Part shown: piece by piece, positions 53,201-61,404 of the stretch
How the letters are laid out: each line of letters begins with the position of its first letter
Position numbering within the stretch: the stretch's first letter is position 1
Source: an uncultured Actinomycetes bacterium
Lineage (GTDB): Bacteria; Actinomycetota; Thermoleophilia; UBA2241
DNA: 64,000 nucleotides
NCBI GenBank assembly: GCA_963725665.1
Contig: CAVRZA010000002.1
Span: 384,001-448,000, forward strand
Direction: 5' to 3'
Notes under the pieces: generated by a model
What the model saw: the letters and a program-made list of their open reading frames with translations, nothing else
The model's database searches: none
What the model was told of the DNA's origin: nothing
Position numbers and translations under genes: made by a program

Positions 53201-53305
53201 CCCGACCGCGGAAGCGGGCCCACGGTGCGTCCTGTGCGCTCGGCGGTCGGTCGCCCGGGTCGCCGTCGGACGGCGCGGTCCGCCGTGGACGGCCGGCGCG
53301 CCGGG

Positions 53306-54298
53306 CTACCGGTGCACGAGTAGCACGTAGACCAGGTACGCGAAGTACACCGTGCTGCCGCCGCCGATCGACCACCACGTCATCGTGTGCTTGATGCGCA
53401 GCGTCAGGTAGTAGACGAGGCCGGCGAAGAGCGTCAGCGCCCCGCTCACGTAGGCGTCGCGGGGCAGCTCCCAGGTCGTGAAGAGCAGGCCGACGGAGAC
53501 GGGGAAGGTGCTCTGGAACACCATCGCCCCGGTGATGTTGCCGAGGGCGAGGGTGTCCTTCTTCTGACGGATCCAGATGACCGAGTTGAACTTCTCGGGC
53601 AGCTCGGTCGCCACCGGCGTGATGAGGAGCGAGACGATCAGAGGGCTCGCCCCCACGGCAACGCTCACCTCGCGTACCGCGTCGACGAAGACCCAGGCCC
53701 CGCCGATGATGCCCGCCAGGGCGACGAGGAGCTGGGCGAAGATGCGCCGCCTGTGCGGCATCACGGGGTGACGATGGAAGTAGAGCGGCTTCGTCTCGCC
53801 TCCGAGGTCGCCCTCGTCCTTCAGCGTGCGGTAGACGTAGAAGGCGTAGCCCAGGGTGAGCAGAGGCGCGAGGATCCACTGCACGTGGTGCACATTGACC
53901 ACGCCGGCGGCCATGGCGAGGCCGTAGGCGATCAGGAAGTAGCTCAGGTCGCGGCGCATCACGCGTTCATTGAGTCTGACTTCGCGCGTGCGGCGGCCAA
54001 AGAAGGCGAAGACGAAGATGGCCGTCGCGGTGACGAACATGGCGAGGCTCGAGAGCATGAACGGCGCTCCGAGGATCGCCCCGATCCCGATATCCTCCTC
54101 GGCCTGCCCGCCGAGGATGACGATGGCGATGATGGGCACGAGCGTCTCGGGGAGGGCCGTGCCCACGGCGGCGAGCACGCTCCCGACGGCGCCTTCGCCG
54201 AGCTCGTATCGGCGCCCGAACCACTCGATGGCATTGGTGAAGAGCTCGGCCGAGACGAGGATGATGCCGAGCGCGAGGAGGAGGTAGACGACGGTCAT
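53306..54298 (-). CDS. CaCA-family sodium/calcium antiporter (YrbG-like)
   Basis: GTALPE..GAILGA and ATELPE..GNITGA alpha repeats. Confidence 0.88.
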   Translation of the reverse strand: MTVVYLLLALGIILVSAELFTNAIEWFGRRYELGEGAVGSVLAAVGTALPETLVPIIAIVILGGQAEEDIGIGAILGAPFMLSSLAMFVTATAIFVFAFFGRRTREVRLNERVMRRDLSYFLIAYGLAMAAGVVNVHHVQWILAPLLTLGYAFYVYRTLKDEGDLGGETKPLYFHRHPVMPHRRRIFAQLLVALAGIIGGAWVFVDAVREVSVAVGASPLIVSLLITPVATELPEKFNSVIWIRQKKDTLALGNITGAMVFQSTFPVSVGLLFTTWELPRDAYVSGALTLFAGLVYYLTLRIKHTMTWWSIGGGSTVYFAYLVYVLLVHR

Positions 54299-54367
54299 GG
54301 GACGGCAGCATACCACGGGGTCCCTCCGCCTCTGGCGAGGCTGCGAGGGGTGCGGGGGAGACGTTCG

Positions 54368-54400
54368 CGGGGCGGGCGCCCGTCACGGGCGCCCGCCCCG
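54368..54400 (-). terminator. 15-bp hairpin after the NCS2 gene
   Basis: cggggcgggcgcccg-tca-cgggcgcccgccccg. Confidence 0.65.
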
Positions 54401-54414
54401 CCCGAGCTCCGTCT

Positions 54415-55842
54415 TTAGCCTATGTTGAAGACGTGCCTGATGAGCGGGAAGGCGAAGTAGATGATGAAGCCGGCGGTGGCGCCGTACATCATCCAGCTCA
54501 CCTCGCGAGCCTTGCCCTGCGCGATACGGATCAGCGTGTAGGCGATGAAGCCGGCGCCGATGCCGTTGGTGATGCTGTAGGTGAGCGGCATCACGGTCAT
54601 GATGAGCACCGCCGGCAGTCCGTAGGCGATGTCCCCGAAATCGATGCCCGAGAGGGGCAGCATCTGCCCCTGGTGCTCCGCCTTCGCCTCGCCGGCCGTC
54701 AGCGTCTGCATCATGAGGAAGCCGACGATGATGAGGGCGGGAGCGGTTGCGTTGGCCGGTACGACGCCGGCGACGGGCCAGAAGGGCATGGCGGCGAAGA
54801 AGAGGACGGCCACGATGACGCCCACCCAGCCGGTGCGGCCCCCGACGCCGACCCCGGCGCCCGACTCGATGTAGGTGGTCGCCGAAGAGCTCGAGACGAC
54901 GCCCCCGGCGGCTGCGGCGAGCGAGTCGACGAGCAGCGGTTTGCGCACGTCGGGGAGGTCGCCCTTCTCATCGAGGTAGCCGGCCTGGCCGCCGACGCCG
55001 ATCAGCGTGCCCATGGTGTCGAAGAAGTCCGACAGCATGATGCTGAACACCCACAGCACGGTGGCCGCGATACCCAGTTCGGCGAACGACGAGAAGTTGA
55101 AGGCCCCGACGATACTGAAGTCCGGCGTCTTCACGATGCTGCTGGGGATGACGGCGATGCCCTCCGCGAACGACTTCTTGTCGTAGATGTAGTTGAGGAT
55201 GGTGGCGAAGATGGTCGAGAAGATGATGCCGAGGAGGATGGCGGCCTTCCAGTGACGTGCCAGCATGATGATGGTGACGACCAGGCCGAAGACGGTCACC
55301 GCGACGGGCACGCCGATGAGGTCGCCGAGGGCGAGGGGGGTGCCGCCTCCCTTGATGACGATACCGCCGTCGACCAGGCCGATGAAGAGGATGAAGAAGC
55401 CGATGCCGATGGCGATGGCCTTTTTGAGCTGCAGGGGGATGCCGAGGAAGATCGCCTCGCGCAGGCCTGTGAGCACCAGGATGGTGATGGCGATGCCCTC
55501 CATCACGATGATGCCCATGGCGGCCTTCATCGAGAGTCCGGCCCCCGCGACGAGGCTGAAGGCGACGACCGCGTTGAGGCCCATGCCGGGAGCAAGGGCG
55601 TAGGCGCGGTTCGTGTAGAGGCCCATGAGCAGCGTCATGACGCCGGCCACCAGGCACGTCGAGGTGAGGACGGCGGCGAAGGGCAGGCCTTTCGGTTGCA
55701 GGGCGGGGATGCCGACGAAACCGAGGATCGAGGGGTTCACGAAGATGATGTAGGACATGACCACGAACGTGGTCAGGCCGGCGATCGTATCCCGTCGCAG
55801 CGTCGTCCCGTTCTCGCGGAACTTGAACAGGTTCTCAAGCAC
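54415..55842 (-). CDS. NCS2/AzgA-family purine permease
   Basis: YIIFVNP, APGMGLNA, DFFDTMGT, TTYIES.AG..GGRTG, TYSITNG. Confidence 0.93.
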   Translation of the reverse strand: MLENLFKFRENGTTLRRDTIAGLTTFVVMSYIIFVNPSILGFVGIPALQPKGLPFAAVLTSTCLVAGVMTLLMGLYTNRAYALAPGMGLNAVVAFSLVAGAGLSMKAAMGIIVMEGIAITILVLTGLREAIFLGIPLQLKKAIAIGIGFFILFIGLVDGGIVIKGGGTPLALGDLIGVPVAVTVFGLVVTIIMLARHWKAAILLGIIFSTIFATILNYIYDKKSFAEGIAVIPSSIVKTPDFSIVGAFNFSSFAELGIAATVLWVFSIMLSDFFDTMGTLIGVGGQAGYLDEKGDLPDVRKPLLVDSLAAAAGGVVSSSSATTYIESGAGVGVGGRTGWVGVIVAVLFFAAMPFWPVAGVVPANATAPALIIVGFLMMQTLTAGEAKAEHQGQMLPLSGIDFGDIAYGLPAVLIMTVMPLTYSITNGIGAGFIAYTLIRIAQGKAREVSWMMYGATAGFIIYFAFPLIRHVFNIG

Positions 55843-56059
55843 TGACTGGCTCCTTGTCAGTCGGTCGTGGAAGTGGTGCCGTGAAGGAGAGCCGGACCCG
55901 CGTCCGGTCGCTTGTTGAGCCCGCGCTCACCCCCTTCTCGCCGTGGCCGTGCCCGAGGATGGTCCGTGCCAGAGCCGGGCGGTATCGGCCCGTGCGGGGT
56001 ATGCCGCCGGCCGTCTCTCTCCTCCCGCGCCCGCGCGGTCACGGGCGTACTCGCTACGA

Positions 56060-56163
56060 ACCCTATGAGAGCCGCAAGCGGTTGACAAGCAAACGCGACC
56101 CCGCCGGGGACGGCCGCGACGGGACGGGACGCGTTGACAGGGTAGAACGGTCGGCACTAATGT
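56060..56163. promoter_or_regulatory. Divergent promoters (NCS2 on -, MgtE-like on +)
   Basis: Minus strand TTGTCA-N17-TAGGGT (56088-56060); plus strand TTGACA-N18-TAATGT (56134-56163). Confidence 0.5.
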
Positions 56164-56217
56164 CTGGCCTACCTTGATCGCTTGCAGACACGCCGCGCAG
56201 GGGGTCGCGCCAGCGTC

Positions 56218-57468
56218 GTGAACGAGGAGCCCCTCGCCCTCTCCCGACTCCAGGAGCTGACGGTCCTCGACCGCGACGGCGCAGCCGCGGGCGACGTGTC
56301 CGACGTGATCGTCGCCCTACTGCCGGAGCCGCCGGTCGTGACGGGCTTGATCCTCGCTCACGGCGACGAGCAGCTGCGCGCGCGCTGGGCGCAGGTCTCT
56401 CAGCTCGATCTCGACCGCGGTGAGCTGCGCCTGTCTGTCGCGCTCGAGCAGCTTGCGCCCGCCTCCCTGCGCACCGACGAGGTCGCCCTGGTCGACCAGG
56501 TGCTCGACAACCAAGTGCTCGACGTGTCGCGGCGCAAGCTCTTCCGTGTGCAGGACGTGGCACTCGAGCGCCGAGCCGGCCGCGTGCTCGTGACGGGTGT
56601 CGACACCAGCAGCTCGGCCGTGTTGCGCCGCATCGGCCTGGGGTTCCTCGCCGGTGGCCGCAAAGAGGGGCAGTTCATCCCCTGGGACGACGTCAACCTG
56701 ATCTCGCTGCGCGTCTCGCGTCTCCATTTCATCGAGGCCTTCGCCGAGCTGGCCGACCTGCACGCGGCCGACATCGCCGACATCATCCAGCAGGTCGGAC
56801 CGCGCGAGCGCGCCGCCGTGCTGGCCGCGCTCGAACCGTCCCTCGCCGCCGACACTCTGCAGGAGATGGACGTGGCGCTGCGCGGCTCGGTGCTGGCGGA
56901 GATGTCGCCGAGCCGCGCAGCGGCGGTGCTGCGCGAGATCGACCCCGACGAGGCCACGGACATGCTCGCCGAACTGCCGGGCGACGTCGCCGAGGCGCTG
57001 CTGGCCACGCTGCCCGAGAAGGAGGCGACGGCCATACGCGGCCTCGCCAGCCACCCCGAGGACTCGGCCGGCGGGCTCATGACCACCGACTACGTCGTGC
57101 TGTTCGGTGGCATGACGGCAGGCGACGCCCTGGCTTTCATCCGTGCCGAGCAGCCCGAGGCCGAGGCCCTCTCCTACATCTTCGTCAACGACGCCCAGGG
57201 AGTCCTGAACGGCGTCGTCAGCCTGCGCGACCTGGTGCTGGCTGAGGCCGATCGCCGCCTCGACCAGATCATGGAGGACGACCCTGTCACGGCGGCGCCC
57301 GACGCCGACGAAGAGGAGGTCGGGCGCCTCATGACCAAGTACAACCTGCTCGTTTTGCCGGTCGTCGACGAGACCGGGCACATGCTGGGCGTGGTGACGC
57401 TCGACGACGCTCTCGACGCCATCGTGCCCGAGGAGTGGAAGCAGCGCCTGCCGCGCCTCTTTCGCTGA
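56218..57468 (+). CDS. PRC + MgtE-N + CBS-pair soluble protein
   Basis: LHAADIADI, DEATD.L, SAGGLMTT, KYNLL.LPVVD..LGVVT.DD; no TM domain. Confidence 0.88.
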   Translation: MNEEPLALSRLQELTVLDRDGAAAGDVSDVIVALLPEPPVVTGLILAHGDEQLRARWAQVSQLDLDRGELRLSVALEQLAPASLRTDEVALVDQVLDNQVLDVSRRKLFRVQDVALERRAGRVLVTGVDTSSSAVLRRIGLGFLAGGRKEGQFIPWDDVNLISLRVSRLHFIEAFAELADLHAADIADIIQQVGPRERAAVLAALEPSLAADTLQEMDVALRGSVLAEMSPSRAAAVLREIDPDEATDMLAELPGDVAEALLATLPEKEATAIRGLASHPEDSAGGLMTTDYVVLFGGMTAGDALAFIRAEQPEAEALSYIFVNDAQGVLNGVVSLRDLVLAEADRRLDQIMEDDPVTAAPDADEEEVGRLMTKYNLLVLPVVDETGHMLGVVTLDDALDAIVPEEWKQRLPRLFR

Positions 57469-57495
57469 CGACCGGCCCGCGCCCGCGGGCGATCG

Positions 57496-58110
57496 CTACA
57501 CGGGCTGTGTAGCCGGGGCCGTCTGCACGGCCTCGCGAGCGCGGCGCGCTCGGGGCGCCGAGATCAGTGTGGCAAGGTCGAGGCGGAATCTGTCGACGCC
57601 CCGGCTCGCGCGCACGCGCCTGAAGCCGTTGCCCTCGAGCACCTGGGGATTGAACAGGTTGAACTCGCGCAAGTAGCCGCGGAAGCGCTCCCCCGAGTGC
57701 ACGTCGTGTAGCGCGAAAGCCTCCAGGGCGGGTACGTCCCGGACCTTGAGCGCGTACTCGATCTCCTGCAGCAAGTGCTGGAAGTCGATCAGGAACTCCT
57801 CGTCGTAGAAGTAGGCGCAGGTCAGCAGGTAGGCGTCGTTCGACGGCGGCCCCGAGGGCAGGTGCAGGGCTCGCGGCACGAGCAGCGCGGGGGCGACGTG
57901 CATCCACCCGATCACGTCGTCGCCGTCGAGCAGGGCGCGAGCGAAGAAGCCGGCCTCGTCCTCCACGCGCTGCTCCCAGACGGCGCGTAGATCGGCGCCG
58001 CTCTCTCGCCCGCGTGCCGTCTGCCACCAGGCGCAGCCGCGGCAGATCGGAGCCATGGTCTCACGGCTGGCGATGTGCACGTCGACGGCGCGCAGGCCGC
58101 TGCCCGTCAT
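57496..58110 (-). CDS. GNAT-like protein (actinobacterial Rv3916c-like)
   Basis: CRGCAWWQ, AP...P....P.GPPS.DA.LL.C, ALEAF, L..NGF. Confidence 0.7.
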   Translation of the reverse strand: MTGSGLRAVDVHIASRETMAPICRGCAWWQTARGRESGADLRAVWEQRVEDEAGFFARALLDGDDVIGWMHVAPALLVPRALHLPSGPPSNDAYLLTCAYFYDEEFLIDFQHLLQEIEYALKVRDVPALEAFALHDVHSGERFRGYLREFNLFNPQVLEGNGFRRVRASRGVDRFRLDLATLISAPRARRAREAVQTAPATQPV

Positions 58111-58132
58111 GGGCGGTCCCCCGCGGGTACGT

Positions 58133-58480
58133 TCACTGGTCGGAAGCGTGTTCGAGGGCGAGGTCGTCGACGAAGACCGACACCTCGTCCAGCTCGATCC
58201 CCGTCATGGTCTTCAGGTAGGTCGACGCCGCCAGGCGCACCTGTTCGGCGAGCGCTGGGATCGCCGCGTCGAGCCGCACGACCAGATGGACCTCGAGGAC
58301 ATGCCGACCCTCGTGCTCCTCGAGGCGCACGGGGCGCAGCCGCTCCAGGTGGACCTTCTCGCCCAGCGTCTGTAGCGGGCTGCGGTGCAGGTCGGCGACG
58401 CCGGGGATCTCCTTGATGGCGTCCCAGACGTAGGTCGTCACAACATCGGGGGCGTAGCTCTGCGCGGACTCGTCGGCCAA
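58133..58480 (-). CDS. Asp23/Gls24 family protein
   Basis: EIPGVA, IPALAEQVR, MTG.....V.VFVDD. Confidence 0.8.
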   Translation of the reverse strand: MADESAQSYAPDVVTTYVWDAIKEIPGVADLHRSPLQTLGEKVHLERLRPVRLEEHEGRHVLEVHLVVRLDAAIPALAEQVRLAASTYLKTMTGIELDEVSVFVDDLALEHASDQ

Positions 58481-58676
58481 AGCGACCTCTCTTCGCGTTC
58501 CTGCGGCACCTGGGCCCGATTATAGTCCAGTCGCCTCAGGCGCGAACGTGGCTGCAAACGGGCGTTTGCGCTGGCGGATGGCGCTACCCTATACTCGCAC
58601 CCGGGGAGGCGAGGCGGGTGCGACCGACCCGCGACGACGGTCGACGTCGAAGCGCCTTTCGGACCGAAGGAATCCC

Positions 58677-60113
58677 GTGAGCGAGACGACCATCTATTGC
58701 GCCGACTGGGTCCTCCCGGTCGCGACGCCGTTCCTGCAGCGCGGCGCCGTGGCCGTCGACGGCCGGAGCATCGTCGCCGTAGGCGGGGTCGACGAACTGC
58801 GCGCCGCCTATCCCGGCGCGCAGCTCGTCGACTTCGGCCAGGCCATCATCATGCCGGGCTTCGTCAACGCACACTGCCACGTCGAGTACACCGCCTTCCG
58901 CGGCATCATGGACGACGAGGAGTTCGGCGACTGGATCCTCCAGCTCGTTGACGTGAAGGCCTCGCTGACGCCCGAGGAGTACCTTTGCAGCGCCCTGCTT
59001 GGGGTTCTTGAGACCATCTCCTCGGGCATCACCACCGTGGCCGACGTCACCTACACCGGCAGCAGTCTTGAGGCGTTCAAGCGCGCCGGGCTGCGGGCAA
59101 TCGTCTACCAAGAGGTGTTCGGCGTCGACGACGCGCGCCTCGACCAGACGCTGGCCGACATGCACGAGCGCCTCGAACGGCTGCGCGAAGAGGCGCCTGC
59201 CCAGGTCGGCGTCGGGGTGGCACCCCACGCCACCTACACCGTCTCGAGCCGCCTCTACCAGGCCATCGCACGCTACTGCCAGGAGGCGGGCGTCAAGCTG
59301 ACCAGCCACGTCGCCGAGAGCAAGGACGAGGTCACGTTCATCCGCTCCGGCTCGGGCAAGTTCGCCCACGACTTCCGCGAGAAGATGGGCTGGGAGCGCA
59401 TGCTGGTGCAGCCCTACGGGGTGAGCCCCATCAAGTACCTGCAGCAATGGGACGTCTTCGGGCCCGACTTCCTCGCCGTGCACTGCGTGCAGGCGAGCCT
59501 CGAAGATATCCGCATCCTGCGCCAGAAGGGCGCGGCTGTGGCGCACTGCCCCAAGAGCAACGCCAAGACGGGTTGCGGCGTGGCTCCGCTGCGCGATCTG
59601 GTCCACGAGGGCGTGCGCGTCGGGCTGGGCACCGACAGCCCCGCCTCGAGCAACATCATGGACATGTTCGACGAGATGCGCACGGCCCTCTTCCTCCATC
59701 GCGCGGTCGAACGCGACGTCACCGCGCTCGACGCAGAGCAGGCCGTGCGCATGGCGACGCTCGGCGGCGCCGAGGCGCTCGGGCTGGCCGATGAGGTCGG
59801 CTCGCTCGAACCCGGCAAGCTCGCCGACCTCATCGCCGTCAACGTGGGCAAGTCGCACTTCGTGCCCATTGACAACCCATACTCGGCTCTCGTCTACGGC
59901 GCCAACCAGGACGATGTCTTCTTCACCTGCGTCGACGGCCGCGTGCTCTACGACGCTAAGAAGTTCTCCACGCTCGACGAGGACCTCATCCGCGAGGAGG
60001 GGCTGGGTGTGCGTGAGCGCCTGCTCGCCCGGGTTCGCGAGGGGCGTGTCAGAGTGGGCGCCGCCGAGTCCGGCTGGTGGCACGAGGCGTCCGAGAACAA
60101 GGAGACGACGTAG
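58677..60113 (+). CDS. Amidohydrolase (MTA/SAH deaminase-like)
   Basis: PGFVNAHCH, PHATY, HVAES, VHC, HCPKSN, GTDS, GSLEPGK.AD. Confidence 0.9.
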   Translation: MSETTIYCADWVLPVATPFLQRGAVAVDGRSIVAVGGVDELRAAYPGAQLVDFGQAIIMPGFVNAHCHVEYTAFRGIMDDEEFGDWILQLVDVKASLTPEEYLCSALLGVLETISSGITTVADVTYTGSSLEAFKRAGLRAIVYQEVFGVDDARLDQTLADMHERLERLREEAPAQVGVGVAPHATYTVSSRLYQAIARYCQEAGVKLTSHVAESKDEVTFIRSGSGKFAHDFREKMGWERMLVQPYGVSPIKYLQQWDVFGPDFLAVHCVQASLEDIRILRQKGAAVAHCPKSNAKTGCGVAPLRDLVHEGVRVGLGTDSPASSNIMDMFDEMRTALFLHRAVERDVTALDAEQAVRMATLGGAEALGLADEVGSLEPGKLADLIAVNVGKSHFVPIDNPYSALVYGANQDDVFFTCVDGRVLYDAKKFSTLDEDLIREEGLGVRERLLARVREGRVRVGAAESGWWHEASENKETT

Positions 60114-60788
60114 GTGCTGCTCGACAGAAAGCGCGTCAAGTTCTGGCAGAAGTGGGTGTTCCTGTTCATGGCCATCCTCATGGCGAGCTTCCTCGTCTTC
60201 GGCTACTCGGGCGTGCTGCAGGGGTGCACCAACCGCGTCGGCATCACGCAGGCCAACCCAGCGGAGGCGCGGGTGAAGGACCTGACGAAGCAGCTCCAAG
60301 CCGACCCGACCAACGGTCTCAAGATTCTCGCGCTTGCCGAGGCCTACCAGGTGCGCGCCGGCACGCAGCAGACGGGCAGCTCGAAAGCCCAGGGTGACTA
60401 TGCGCAGGCGCTGACGCTGTATGAGAAGTTCCTCAGCCTTGAGACCGCCCAGCAGGGCGCGACCAAGCAGGAGATCAAGGACAACAAGGTCAAGGCGCTG
60501 GAGAGCCAGGGGCAGATCTACGTCATCCAGGGCGATCTGGCCAAGGTCGTGAAGGTCTACGAACGTCTTACGGAGCTGCGGCCCAAGAACGCCGACTACT
60601 TCCTCACCATGGGCACGGCGGCCCAGCAGTCGGGCGACACGCCGACCGCGCTACTTGCCTTCACGCGCTTCCTGGAGCTGGCGCCCAACGCGCCCGAGGC
60701 CGACACCATAAGAGCCTGGATCAAGAGCCAGTCCGCGCCGGCGTCTGCGAGCCCCACGCCGACGCCGACGGCCACACAGTCACCCTGA
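60114..60788 (+). CDS. Membrane-anchored TPR protein
   Basis: N-terminal TM followed by TPR-like helices. Confidence 0.75.
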   Translation: MLLDRKRVKFWQKWVFLFMAILMASFLVFGYSGVLQGCTNRVGITQANPAEARVKDLTKQLQADPTNGLKILALAEAYQVRAGTQQTGSSKAQGDYAQALTLYEKFLSLETAQQGATKQEIKDNKVKALESQGQIYVIQGDLAKVVKVYERLTELRPKNADYFLTMGTAAQQSGDTPTALLAFTRFLELAPNAPEADTIRAWIKSQSAPASASPTPTPTATQSP

Positions 60789-60804
60789 CCGACTGCGAGC
60801 CGCT

Positions 60805-61149
60805 ATGACCAACTTCTCAAGCTCTCGGCAACATATCGACGACAATCGTGGCCTGATCGTCCTGAAGGGCGAGGTCGACATCTACACTGCGCCGCGCTTC
60901 AAGGAGGACCTCCTGGCGCTCATCGACGAGGGGATGACCGATATCCTCGTCGACCTGACGGGGGTGGAGTTCATCGACTCCACGGCGCTCGGCGTACTGA
61001 TCGGCGGTGTGAAGCGGCTGCATCCCCTCGATGGCCACCTGGTGCTGGTCGCCCACTCGCGGCCGGTCCTCAAGATCCTTGCCATCACAGGGCTCGACCA
61101 GGTCTTCTCCATCTACCCCGACCGCGAGCAGGCGCTGGCGGCACTCTGA
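60805..61149 (+). CDS. STAS anti-sigma factor antagonist (BldG/RsbV-like)
   Basis: GEVDIYTAP, DLTGVEFIDSTALGVL, ITGLD. Confidence 0.92.
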   Translation: MTNFSSSRQHIDDNRGLIVLKGEVDIYTAPRFKEDLLALIDEGMTDILVDLTGVEFIDSTALGVLIGGVKRLHPLDGHLVLVAHSRPVLKILAITGLDQVFSIYPDREQALAAL

Positions 61150-61187
61150 CCGCTGGCCTGCGCTCCTCGGTCTAGCTCGCGTCCACA

Positions 61188-61266
61188 GGCCCGCGCACAC
61201 CATCGGGCGACTCCTGACGCGCCCCGCGCACACCATCGGCCCACGCCTGACGCGGCCCGCGCACGC
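61188..61266. repeat. 33-bp tandem repeat, ~2.4 copies
   Basis: g(g/c)cccgcgcacaccatcgg...cctgacgc at 61188 and 61221, partial copy at 61254. Confidence 0.75.
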
Positions 61267-61404
61267 ACGTCCGGGCGCGCCCGTCGCGACCTGTGCGCGC
61301 GGTTGCTGGTGACAGCCTCGGACCGGGGTGGTATAACTCGCCAGCGCTCCCATCGGGGCGTCGCTACGTCGGCCCGCCGATCGACGAAGGAGTAGGCATC
61401 CCGC

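Noticed and set aside
56020-56058. ZTP or PRPP riboswitch before the NCS2 permease
   Set aside because: Only a CGTGAC or TAGGGTT fragment matches; the remaining conserved elements are absent
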